In this document: in pieces, positions 47,621 to 60,100 of the stretch | Numbering within the stretch: position 1 is the first letter of the stretch | Layout: the number at the start of each line of letters is the position of its first letter | Assembly (NCBI GenBank): GCA_004431415.1 | Contig: QPMI01000409.1 | Span: 310,001-374,000 of the forward strand | Reading direction: 5' to 3' | Origin: Cyanophora paradoxa CCMP329 | Lineage: Eukaryota; Plantae; Glaucophyta | DNA length: 64,000 nucleotides | Notes under the pieces: generated by a model | The model's database searches: none | What the model was told of the DNA's origin: nothing | What the model saw: only the letters and a program-made list of their open reading frames with translations | Translations under genes and position numbers: made by a program

Positions 47621-48166
47621 GACTGCACGACCAAGAGTTTCCTCACGTACGTCTGGACTGAGCCGCCGGCGACGGCGCTTTTGCTGAGCTGCTGCGCGTT
47701 ATGTGCCTTATAACGAGCTCGAACGCGAGCGCCGAAAACACTTGTACCCCCCTATCGCGAGCCGCCGCAGCGATCAAATTTTTAAATCATAATCATATGA
47801 TCATGATATCGATCGCGCTGCATGCGCGCGCAGCTGTACATGTCTGTGCACGTGTACGTATACGCGTACGCGGAGCCACTGGGCCAGCGGGCGCGCGCAG
47901 CGCGCGCCGCGCGCTATAGCTAGCGCTATACTATGATGATGATAGCTAGCGCTAGCAACCGTTGAACAGCGTTAGCGATCAATCCAGACTCCTGGATCCG
48001 GACTAAAGCTAGTATACGCACGCGTACTCCCGGGAGCGCGGCGCCGCGGCGCCGGCGGCCGGCGCAGCGGCGGCCGAGGCGGCGGCGGGGCGGCGGGCGA
48101 CATGTGTGTCATCAAGGCATGATCACTGATCATGAGTCACTGTTACAACACCGAACAGCTACTAGG

Positions 48167-51100
48167 CTACAGGAAAGGGGAGCGGGGCGACCCGTAACCC
48201 CCCGCGCCGGCGCCTCGTAGCGGGCCCTGGACCAGCTCTTCGCTGTATACGTACTCGGCCTCCTCGTCGGTGCTGCCCTCTTCCGAGGGCTCGTCGCTCC
48301 ACGCAACCGTCTTCGTCGACGGGTTCGTGATCTGCAGGATCGGCGGCGGGCCCAGGGCCGCCAAGGCCGGGGGCGCTGGCCGGAGGCCGATAGCTATAGC
48401 TAGGATCGTGGGGGCGACGGCCGGTTCGAGTTCGGGGGGCGGAGGAGGAGCCGGGGGGACCAGCGCGAAGGGGTACGGTTCGGGCTCCACCTCCTCGACG
48501 AAGCGTGGAGGGGGAGGGGGGCCCAGGGGCCCGAACCGAACGCGGGGCGACGGCGCCGGCGCAGGGGCCGGTTCAGGCGCTGGTGTAGGCGCCGAGCTGC
48601 GCGGTCGCAGCACCCGGCGGCAGAGGTGCCTCCGGAAAACGCACTGCTTCCGAAGTGAGCACAGCAACGAAAAGGACGGGATCCGAAGCGTGGGAACGGG
48701 GGGCGAGCCTGGAGAGCGAGTGCGGATCGGGCGCGAGCGTAGAGCCACCGGGAGAGCCACTTCCGCATCGCCGCCACGCGCGCCCGCCGCTGCGGCCCTG
48801 TCGTCGGCCGCCGTCCCAGGCAACAATCGAACGACGAGCGGCGGACCCGCCAGCGGCGCGCGAGGCGAACGTAGCGGAGGCGCCGTATGGCGCAGCGGCG
48901 GGCCAGGCAGTACCTGCGGGCTCCTCCCTCGGCGCGGGCCGCGAAAGACAGGGTCCGCATTCGGAGGGTTGCGAACCGGCGCCATGCCATCTGGAGGCGG
49001 GCGGCCGCCTCGTCGGCGAGGCGGCGGACGCGGTGCAGCCAGGCCCCGATGGAGGCCGTCCCCTTGCCCTCGAAGTGCAGCGCCGCCCACATGATGCGCT
49101 GCTGCGACGTGAGGTGCCGGCGGGAGGAGGCGGGAGGGGGGAGTGTGGACCCGCTGGCGGAGACGGTACGCGAGGAAGCGCCACCACTCGGCTTCGCGGA
49201 CCGCGAGCCGCCTGCGAGGCCCATCGGCCCCTATCAGAAGCGTTGGGAGAGGGCGGGGCCGCGCTCACATGCGGGCGGCGGCCTGGATTCGGGCTGCGGC
49301 GCGGCGCGCGAGCTCGCCGCGGCCCTGCCGCGCCTCCCGCGCCCGTCGGCGGCGCCACGCCCGCTGGATCTGCGCCGCGGCGGCGCGCCCCGTCGTTTGA
49401 AGCCTCGAGCAGACGGGCGGGGTGGGGCGGTGGGGTGCGCGTGCCGTGCGGGCGGCGGCGCGGGCGCGGAGGGACGCGAGGAGGCGCTGGGCCCCCTCAC
49501 GCCGCTCCCGGAACCGCCGGCACGCGATCCGCACTGCGCCGCGCTTTAGCTGGCCTGGACCTGACGCGGCCCCGCCCGGGGGAAGGCTCGCACCGGCGCG
49601 GGCCACGATGGCGACGCGGCGGGTGCGGAGGCGCCGCCAGAACGCCTGGAGGCGCCTGACCGCCCGCACCTCCCGCTGTCGCGGGGGTTGGTGCGTGTTC
49701 CTAGGCGGCGCGGGAAGCAGAGGGCGGGGCGCGCCTGGCGCTGCCGGGCGGATGCGCGGCGGCTAAGGAAGGCCCGCGCAGCGGACTGGATGGCCAGCGC
49801 GCTGGCCCGCAGCAGGCGCCGCCTCTCCAGCCTGCCCGGGCCTCAGCGGGCCCAGCACGAGGTCGACCCGGCCGGTCCGCGGGGGGGTACGCACTCTCTC
49901 CGCGCGCGGTGCGCGAGCCACGCGCCGGCGACGACGACGGCGGCGGCCTGCGAACGAAGCGTGAGCCGTGCCGCGGGGCCGGGCCGGGGAGAGGGGAAAG
50001 AGTGGGGGCCCCGCTCGCCTCGCGGAGGAGGCGGCGCTCCTCGCGCCTCTGCTCAAGGATGCTGCCGGGGGGTCACGTCGGGGCAGAGCAGGGGGGCAGC
50101 GCCCAGGCCGGCGCGACTGCCGCGGCGCGGCACGCGCACCGCTGGGACTTGGCCAGCGCGACGGGTCCGGCCTGAGGGGCGTGAGGGGAGCGGGCGTGAG
50201 GGGGGCCGGCGGGGGCGGGCGGGCTAGGGGCGAGCGGCGGGCGGGCGTACGGCGGGTGTGAGCAGGGCGGCCGGCCCCTTGAGTAGCATGAGAGCCTCCT
50301 CCTTCTCAGCCTGCAGCTTTGCGAGCTCCTGGGGGTACATGCTCAAGCGAGCGGGGAGAGGGGGCGTGGGGCCGGTTACGTACCCTCGAGTTGCGGACCC
50401 AGGAGAGAATGCCCACTTCCCCCGGCTGCGGGAGGGCTCGTCAGCCCCGCGAGAGAGGGGTACGCGGGGATTGCCGCGCCGGAGGGGGCAGGGTGGAGGT
50501 GCTGGAGCGGCGGCGGAGGGCGGGGCCGATGGGGCCGGCGGCGGGCGAGACGGGGCGGCCCGGGGGCGATTTGGACGGGGCGGAGCCGGCGGGGGAGAGG
50601 GGGTACAGGGGCGAGGCGGTCCGGCGGCTCCCCGCGGACGCGGCCGACCCGGGACGGGAGCGGGCGGCGGAGGCGGGGCGGGACGGCGCGGGCGAGGACG
50701 GGCGAGAGGTAGAGGGGGAGGCGGGGTGGGCCGGGGAGGGGCTGGCGGAGTGGCGGCGGGCGGGGAGGAGGAAGGGGGCGGTCGGCACGTTCACGACGCC
50801 CGAGCCGAGCTGCCTCCGCTCGGCGAGGCTCGAGCGCCGCTCCCGCGCGCCCCCGACGAGCGCGAAGGGGTCGGCGATGGCCCACGCGGCCGCGGCGCCG
50901 CCGCCGCTGGCAGCCGTGGGCGACGTGGCCTTGGGGCTCGAGCCCGAGGTCGCGGCCTGCTTGGGCGAGAAGACGTCCTGCAGGAGGCGGTGCGCCTCCA
51001 CGGTATCCAGCAGCGACTGCAGCGCGGCCGCAGCCGCCCGCGCCGGCGAGCTCGACAGCGGTGCGCGCGGCGCCTCGCCGCCGCCGCCCAGCTCCCGATC

Positions 51101-51355
51101 CAGCACGCCGGGGGCCGAGCGCCGGCGGACCAGGCGGGACGGGGGCTCGGGGCTCTGCAGCAGGCCTGCCGCAGGCGACGCTGGCGCCGGCGCCAGCGGC
51201 GATTGCTCCTCATTGTTCTCCTCCGAGTTCACCGAGCGCGGCGAGGAGCAGGACGAGGACGAGGGCGTGGGCGGGTGCACGAGCAGAGGAGCGCGCGCCC
51301 CGGCGGGCTTCCATCCCGTTGTGGATCGCGCGGCAGCGCCTCTGCCGATCTGCAT
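48167..51355 (-). CDS. IQ calmodulin-binding motif protein (very GC-rich, multi-exon; boundaries uncertain)
   Basis: IQ-like motifs AVRRLQAFWRR, AAAQIQRAWRR, AAARIQAAAR and AAARLQMAWRRF. Confidence 0.55.
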
Positions 51356-51907
51356 CCCTCTGCGGCCCGTGCCGCCGTCCCAAGGTGTCCCCCGCCGTTA
51401 TTCAAAGCGATTCCACTTTCCCTTAAGCTGCCGTACGTCCGCGCAGAGGCGTGATCGGTTGGCTCGCAGCTGCTGGGCCGCGGACACTTGTGCAGGTGCT
51501 AGGCTGGTTCACTGTCTGTTATCAGCTATGTTCGTTAGCGCTATAGCTCGACCTGCTGCTGAGCAGCTGTTGAGCATGCCGCTGCTCGCAGACTGGGGTA
51601 CGTATCAACAGGATTGGGAGCTCGTTCAATTGATCATGAGCGTGCCGAGTCGCGGCGCCGGCGCCGGCCGCCGCGCCAGCCCCTGCGGGACCGGGGCCGG
51701 GGGGCTTCGTCACGGCGTACACGTATTTTAACCGATATCGTGCATCGCGCGCGCTTCCATCATGGCCCAGTGGCATCATGGATCGCCGAGTCGTGCGCAC
51801 GCGCGCGCGCGCGCTTCCCCCCCGGCACGTTCTTCGGCCGAAGTTCTAGTCCAGATCTATAGCTACCACTGCAGCTAGGATCCGGAGAGGCGCGCGCCGG
51901 CGGTGGC

Positions 51908-53596
51908 CTACGCATGGCGGTAGAGGGCCGCGGTCATAGAGTCGTAGGGGAGGGGCAGGGTCGCGCCCGCCCGCTTGGCGGCCAGCGCAGCCGCCCCCAC
52001 CGCCGCCGTCTCCCGCGGCGTCACCAGCCGGAACCTGTGGCGGCATCGCTCAAGAAAAGCGGACAGGAGTGCGAAGAAGCTTAAAGAAGCAGGGCCGGGC
52101 ACCGCTCGATGCGGCTCTCGAACGAACTCGTGCCGTCCTCCCTGCGGGCGCCTCAGCTCCCAGAGAGGAGTCGGGATGAGGAGGGATGGCGGGGCCCGGG
52201 CGGGCCGGAGGAGGGCGGCGAGGAAGGCCTCCTTGAGGAGGCCCCAGGACTTCCACACGGACCCGACGCACAGCACCGTCACCTCCCGCCCCGCCTGCCA
52301 CAACTCAAATTCAAATTTGTGAGAGGGGCGCGTTCAGATCTGAACGCACCGGGATCGACTCCCGAGAGAGGACGGCTCGGACCATGCCCCCCAGCTTGTT
52401 GCCCGCCTGCGCGGCGCGGCCGTCGGGGAGGGCGCGGCCGTCGGGGAGGGGTACGGCGCCGCCGACCTTTGCGAAAATGAAGCGGCTAAAGGCGTCCCCA
52501 CCCTCCGCCACTACAAGCGGAAGGAGTGAACAGAGCGTAGATAATCAAGTGGAGAGGAAGGGTCCTACGGGTGGCCAGCTTGGCGCAGAAACCTGCGAAG
52601 ACGCCCGGAGGTCAAGAACTTCGGAATACAGAACAAGCTCTGCGCGACCCAAGAGGGGTACCGGCAACGTGGGGCTTGCTGAAGGATTGGTACATTGTGG
52701 TGAGGAGGCCCTCCCGGTCCGCGATCTGGGAAGGGTTAAGAAGGGGGGTACATGGGAAAGAGGCGACCAGCGGGTTGGAGAGAGGGTGTTACTTGGAAGT
52801 ATTCGAGCATCGCCTGGCGCCCGAGGTCAGGGGAGGGGAATGAGGGGGGGGGGAGGGGGGAGGAGGGGGGGAGGAGGGGGGGGGGAGGGGGGGGCGGGTT
52901 TGGGACACGAGGAGAGGGATAGGGCACCTTGGAAGCGGGCGCGACGTCAAGGCCCGCCTCGCGGGGGCCCCGCAGCGCCTCGCTGAGGGGTAGAGGTCGG
53001 ATGGAGGCGGGGTTGGGGTATGTTCCTCGAGGGGTACCTGATTCTGTAGATTTTCGTAATGGCGCGGCTCGCTATGTAGTATGCTGCGTCGGCGCCTCTT
53101 AGGCGCGAGCTCGGAGGGGCGGGGGAGGGGCGGCAGGGGAGGGGCGGGGAGGGGCGGGGCAGGGTACCGGATCCCTCGTCGCCGATCATGTGTCCCCAGC
53201 CGCCGCAGCGCTCGCGGCTGCCGTCCGCACGCACAAGCCAGCAGACGCTCCCGGTCCCCGCAATAACAACGACGCCGCCTGCGCCCGATCCAATCGATCG
53301 GCGCCCATCCGACGCGCCACGTCGGAGGCTGTAGCGCCGCGCCGCACCGGAGTCCGACGCTGTGGCCATCGCGCCGATGGCGTCGTTGCAGACCTGCGGA
53401 GTGCCGGCGTGAGGCGACCGCGAGGCGCGAAGCGAGGCGGAAAGAGCGTCCAGTTTCGAGCGCGCACGTCGTACTCCCGCGCAAGGCCGGCGTCCGCGTC
53501 CCTCAGCGCCTCGACGAGCTTCACCCGCTCCTCCTCCCGCTCCATACCCGCCAGCGACAGGCCCTGCCCTCGCCGGCTCATATCGGCGGCGGCGGA

Positions 53597-53628
<32 letters not shown>

Positions 53629-53995
53629 GAAGGATGCAGAGGGGCTCGGCACCAGCGCGGCCAGGGGCTGGCCCGCGGCGCCCGCAGCCTGCTTCGCCTG
53701 ATTGATCATGTCGAGTACTATCTTGGCGCACGCCGGCATGCCGACCAGCTACGGCCCCGGCGGGGGGCGAGTCGCATCAGAGGCGGGTCGAGCGCCCGAA
53801 CGCTGCGGGCCGGCAGCGCCCGCGTACGTAGTGGTTCGTCCCGGAGCCCTCTGCGCGAGCGACGACATTGCCCGCAGCGTCGACCAGCACAGCCTTCGAG
53901 TGGGTCGCCCCACTGCGCCCGCGGGTATCAGTTACTTGCTGCGAGGTGCTGACACGGGCGGCGCGAGCGCACCCCTCTACACCTCCGAAGAGCAT
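51908..53995 (-). CDS. NAGK: N-acetylglucosamine kinase (BadF/BadG/BcrA/BcrD ATPase family)
   Basis: MLFGGVEG|GATHS, GSGTNHY|[42 protein letters not shown]|AYYIA and [10 protein letters not shown]. Confidence 0.92.
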
Positions 53996-54186
53996 GGCTG
54001 CTGACCGAGCCGGTTTAAGCTTCCTCTCCGCTCGAGTGGGCCCAGGGTTCGGCTCCGGGCGGGAGCCTTTCGAAAGAGAGGCAGTTAGCCACACGCATGC
54101 GGCAGCGGGCCCGTCGGTCGTAGCTAAGCAGTCCCCGCAGCTTTGTTAGCGCTCTGGCAGCTTTTCCGAGCGCTTCCAACACGCGG

Positions 54187-57100
54187 ATGCCAGCCGACCC
54201 TGGCAGATTGGGCTTGGAGCCGGCATGCACGCCGGAGACCTGCACGATTCCGACATGCATTACCCGCACGGGCCTCAGCGAGGAGCGGGCGCTGGAAGCC
54301 ATGAGGAAGCAGGACAAGGCGCTCTTCGAGGACGATCTGTTCAAGGCTGGCCCCAGCTCGCTTTACCGCGCCGGAAGGCCCTCGAACCCGGCAGGCAAGC
54401 GTTTTCGAGCTAACCCCGAGTCCGTACGTGACGCCCGCGCGCACAGGCATCTCGTGGCTGCGACCGTCGGAGTTTGCGCCGGGGACGCCGGCGCTCTTCA
54501 TCGATGGAGCGAAGCCGGGAGACGTGCAGCAAGGCGGTCTGGGTGAGCGCTCAGTCTCTCGTTGGCGCAGAAGCCGCTAACACGGGGCTGTAGGGGACTG
54601 CTGGTTCATAGGGGCACTCTCTGTGCTCGCCACCAAGAAGCAACTCCTTCAGGCTTGACCGACTCTTCGTGTCTACGCGCAACGCTAAGCTCGGAATGCG
54701 CGCCAGGGCCCACCACGCCCCAGGCCCCGCCTCAGCAGCTCGTCTCAGCTGCGAGGCAGGTATACGGTACAGTTCTACAAGGACGAGTTCTGGCACCGGG
54801 TCCTCATAGACGACCGAATCCCGTGCCGCACAGCGGACAGGCAGCCCATCTACGCCTCCTGCAAGGACCGTGCGCGCTCTCCCAGTTGTCCCCCGCTTGC
54901 CCCGCTCGTGCCCTTTCCCACTCGGCAATCCGGCCCGGCCCCACAGCGAACGAGCTGTGGGTACCCCTAATCGAGAAGGCGTACGCCAAGGTAAGGGCGC
55001 TTTCCCCGACGGCGTACCCCCGCACCGATGAAGCTCGCGTACCCCCAGCTGCACGGGTGCTACGAAAACCTGGAGGGCGGCATCTGCAACCAGGGCGTCA
55101 AGGACCTGACGGTGATACCCCCCTGGCCCGACTTCGTGCGAACTCGGCCCCTCACCGCGCCTCGCGCGCGCGCAGGGCGGCTACCCAGAGACGATGTACC
55201 CCCCCTCCCCCTCCCCCTCCCCTGGCCATCTCCAGGGGGCGACCGGGGCTCGCTCCGCAGTGATCTTCAGGAGATATCGCCCGCCCAGGCGCGGGACGGG
55301 CCCCTCTGGCCCCTCCTGCTCGAGCGTTTTGCCGAGGGGTACGCCGTCCCTTGGGATCCGCCCCCCAGATTCGAACGCGAGCCGCAGATCCCTAATGGGC
55401 TGCTCCCACTCCGTTTACGACGCCGCCGCACGCGAGGCGGCCGGCGAGTTCGGGCTCCTCAAGGCGTGCCCCCCGAGAGCTTTCGGGCCGGGGCGGCTGC
55501 GCCCTCAACGTCGTACCCCGGCAGGGCCACGCGTACGGCATTTTGGAGGTCCGGGAGGTGAAGCGGGGGTCGGACCCCGTACGCCTCCTTCGCATCCGTA
55601 ATCCATGGCGCGCTGCCTGGAGCCAGGGCGGCATCTGAACGCCCGGCGCTGACGAAGCGGGCGCAGGGGCTGCCGCGAGTGGCTGGGCCCCTGGAGCGAC
55701 GGGAGCAAGGAGTGGACGCCTCAGCTGCTGGCGGAGCTGGGGTACAGCTTCGCGGACGACGGGACCTTCTGGATGGCCTGGGCCGACTTCCTCCGCGTCC
55801 GTACCCCTCATTTCGCTTCCCCATCCTCCCAACCGACCTGGTGTGCACATGCGCAGACATTCAACATGATTTATATCTGCCGGATATTCGGGGAGAAGTG
55901 GACCGGGCAGCGCGTCCTGGTGGGCACGCTTCATCCCGAGCCTCTCAGGTGTACTTCCCGAGCTCAGCTCGCCCTTGCCGGCCACAGGGCGAGTGGAAGC
56001 GGGGAGTGAGCGCACACGGCTGCCCCAACCACGGCAACCGCAACTGGGTCCTTAATCGGCAGTTTCACCTGCAGGTCCGTCGTCTCTGCACCCCTCACCT
56101 TCCTCGCACTGCTGCGTTTCCCGCCATGCCGACTCCTGTACCCCCAGGTTCCTTCCCGGACAAACCTCTGCGTGGTTCTCTCCCAAAGCGACGTCCGCGT
56201 CCAGGGCAAGGCCCAGGTAACCCGTGCCCTCCCCCCCCCCCCCCCCCCCCCCGCGCGCTTACGCCCTCGTCCTGAAGATGCAGTACCCGGCCTCGCTGGG
56301 CTTCTTCGTCTGCCGGGCGCCCAGTACGCTGCCTCCCGGCCCAAGCATATTTGCGCCGTCCCGCGCCGGTCTGAGCGCGCACCCGGACGCGCGTGCGGCA
56401 GGTGCCTCGCCCGGGGAGCGGCTGGCGCGCATCACGAGCGAGGGCCAGATCGTCGCCCAGTCGGGGCTCTTCGCCCAGTCCCGCGAGAGTGCGCCGCACG
56501 CACCCCTCCCCCCCCGCCGCCCTCTCGAGCGCGCACCCCGGCAGCTTCCGCGGCGTTCCCGCTCGACGCAGGCCACTACAAAGCGCGCCCCGCCCCGCCC
56601 CGCCCCCTCTTGCCGTGCAATCGAGCCCAATGTGGCTCGCGGGGGCAGGTGATCCCGATGACGTTCGAGGCGGGGCAGGAGGCGCGCTACTGCCTCGCCG
56701 TCTGGGCCGACGCCGACGTCGCCCTCGAGGCCCGCCCGCCCCGCGCCTTCCACGCGCGCAGCCGCGCGGCCTCACGCCCCCTCCTCCTCAGGGCGAGACC
56801 GCCCTGCCGGCCTTCCCCAAGGAGGGCGGAGGCGACTTCCAGGCCGCCAAGGCGCAGCTCGCCCCCGCCCCGCCCGAGAGTGCGCCCCGCCGGCCGCCCC
56901 GTCTCCGCGGGGAGGGCGCCGCCGAGCCGCCGGCGCGCCCGCTGGCGCGCAGAGGTCGAGGTGGAGGTGCCCATCGCGGGGCCGGCGACGGCGCCGGACC
57001 CGAAGGCGAAGCCGCCCCAGGCGCCCCGGCGGCCCCCGGCCGCTGCGAGGGAGGTGAGCTTTCTTCCGGGCGGCGGGCGCACCCTCCTTGGCGGCCGGCG

Positions 57101-60100
57101 CGGGCTGACCAAGGGCCGGCTGGCAGGAGGGGCACGGGGGAGCGGAGGCAGAGGCGGAGGAGCCGGCGGCCGGCGCAGCGGATGGCGGGGCGGAGGCCGA
57201 GGCGGAGGCGGAGGCGGAGGCCCTCCCCGGGGGCGCCGAGGACGAGGAGGCCGGCGCTGGCGGCGGGGCGGCCGAGGCGGAGGCGGAGGTCGAGGGCGGG
57301 GGCGGGGGAGAGGGTCCCGGGGCGCACGGCTCGGAGAAGGGGACGAATAAGCAGGGGAAGGGTAAGAGGCCGGCGAGCGCGGCGGCGAAGGCGGCCGGGG
57401 CGCCGGCGAAGCCCGGGTGGGGCCGGCGCGACCCCGCGAAGGCCAAGCCCGCCCCCGCGCCGAAGAAGGGCGAGGGGGAGGAGCCGGCCCCCGCGGGGCC
57501 GCCGCGGACTGCCGGCAAGTCGGGGTCCTTCGCGGGCGACGGGCCCCGGGCGGGCGTCCTGTGGCTAAAGCGTGCGCCCCGTCCCCCCGTGCGCGCCCTT
57601 GCCTGCCGGACGGTGCGCGAGGGGCGCGGCCGGCAGCGGCGGGCTGGAGCGGGGCGCACGTACCCCCCGCGGCCTTCGTTCGCATCTCCGTGGACGGTGC
57701 TCCCCGTCGCTGCCGCCGCCCCGGCCCGCCGCAAACGCCGCGCGGACCATCCCAATCTGAATGCCGCCGCAGGGCAGTCCGCCGAGTTCCAGGACACCGC
57801 CGTGCGCCCCGGGCGCCCTCCCCGCCCCTCCCGCCTACCGCCCACAGGCGCGCCTCGCAGGTCAAGGGCGTTTACCCGGCGTTCTTGACCCTCTCCGGCG
57901 CGAGCACCCTCCAGGCCGTCGGCTTGTGCGCCGGCACCCTTTCCCCCTCTGCCCTTCCCCCGCTTCCTTGACGCCTTCACCCAGCGACGTGGCCGGGGAC
58001 GGTTCGGGCGTCCTGCTCGAGCTCTTCGATTCGCAGGCGCCGCCGCCCCCCTTTCCCGGCCCCATCGCCACCCCTGACATGCCCGGGCGGGGGGCAGGAG
58101 GCGCCGCTGGGTACCAGCTCCACGACCCTCCGCGACATCAAAGCCGTACCGTTCTCGGAGCAGAGGCTCGTAACCGGCGATATCCCCTCTCCGTCCCCCG
58201 CCCTTTCCTGAGGCTTGCGCGCAGGCAGATCAAGATCGCCGTGGCGCAGGACGGAAAGCGAGCCCCTCCCCCGCCCCGGCTTCGCGGCGCGTCCTGAGGG
58301 CGGCCCGCAGGGATCTTGGGGCGCTCACACTCTTCGCCCAGTGGCGGCCCGAGAAGGCGTGTACCCCTCCGCTGCCTAGGAACCCCCGGGGAGAAAACGA
58401 GGCTCACGCTGCAGTCAGGAGCCACCCAAGGCGCCGCCGACACCCAAGAAGCCCGTCCCACAGCCCGCCAAAAGAGCGACCGCCGGGGGCACCAGTTGGG
58501 AAATCGAGGCGAGCCGCTCCCCGCCCGCCAGCATCCCGCCCGCCAGGCTCACGCTGGCGGCAGGATCTTCCGAAGGCGCCCGCCACCCCGAAGAGGCACG
58601 CCCCGCGGCCGGCCAAGAAATACGACCCCGCGGGCTCGAGCGGGGAGATTAAGGCGCGTCGCCCTGCTCCCGCGCGTCCACACGCCGCACGCGGGGGCAG
58701 CCTCAACCCTCGCGCGCGCAGCCGAAGGTGCCGGGTCCGCTGCTGAAGGGCGTGCGGCGCCCCGTTTCCTCCGTCTCGGCCGCCGGCGCCGCGAACGACC
58801 GCCGCTTCGGCTGGCGGCGCCGGGTGCGCGGGCCTTCGGGCCGGCCTCGCTGCTCTGTTCTGAGGGCCGCGCAGCCGCAAAGCGACATGGACTGGAGCGG
58901 GGCGCCCGGGGCGGGGGCGGCGCCCGAGGACGAGGCCGAGGGCGGCGGCCCAGAGGCGGAGCTCGACGCAGACGAGGGCCTTGGCGCGGCCGCCGGCATG
59001 GAGGGCGAAGAGGAGGAGGCGGCGGCGCAAGAGGAGGCGCAGGACGAAGCCGAGGGGGCGGCAGAGGAGGAGGCGGTGCGTGCGGCGCTCCGCCTCTCCG
59101 CCCCGCAGGGCGCCGCAGGCGCTGACGCGGGCCCAGGTGGGCTCCGGAAAGGGCCTCACAAAGGTAAGCGCGGCGCGGGGCGGCTTTGTGGCGCACCAGG
59201 CGAGGCGCCGGCGCCGCAGGGGCGGGCGGCGGCGGCGCGGCGGCGGGGACGGCTGCGGGGAGCCCCGCACGCGGGGCGCGGGCGCTGCAGGCGGCGGCGG
59301 CGGCGGGGGCGGCGGCCCGCGGGCCGCGCGGCGGGGGCCTCGTGCCTGCTGAGGAGGAGGAGGCGGAGGGGCGATCGTCGAGGCGGAGGCGGCGCGCTGG
59401 CCCGCCCGCCGCGGGTGCCTGCGACTTTTACTCCGAAAGCTATCCCACGCCACCCATCCCGAGCCGCCGCGCAGGGCCACCAACGAGCGCTGGGAAGACG
59501 ACGGGGACCCGTACTCGCGCAGCGCGCCGGCCCCGCGGCAGCCCGGATCCCTGCGGGTGCGCCGCTCCCCCGGGCCGCCGCCGGCCCTGCCCTCAGGCGG
59601 CGCAGGTCGCGTCATTGCGGGCGCGGAGGCTGCCGGCCTCGCGCACGCGGGCGGCCTCGGGTCCCGGCTGGGGCACCACGGTCTGGGTCGAGGTCAGCCA
59701 TTACCCCGGCCCACAGTCGAACCGAAAGGCCTCAGACGGGGCGCCTCGCGGCCGCAGGTGGCGATCGGCGACCGGTGCCGGAGCGCGCGGGCCGAGCTGC
59801 CCCTCGGAGACCCGGGGTACAGCGTCTCCTTCGAGGACGCGTTCGTCTTGTGGGCCTCCCTTTCCCGCGGTTTGCCCCCAGGGCCCGGCCCCTCACGGCG
59901 GCCGCAGCGAGAAGCTCCAGCACGCCTCCGTCCTCCTCCTGAGCGTCTTCCGCGGGGCCGCGCCCCTCGACGCCAGCGGCCGCCCCAAGCCGGGGGTACG
60001 CCATGCCCGTCTGCTTTATACTCTTCGTCTCGCGTTCCAAGCCGCTGAACGGCCGGTAGGCGGGGAGCGAGGAGTGCCTGGGCCTGCTGCGTCTCCCCCT

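Noticed and set aside
54656-54658. Selenocysteine or stop read-through at the in-frame TGA in calpain
   Set aside because: Homology resumes in a different frame, so this is a frameshift and read-through would not fix it.
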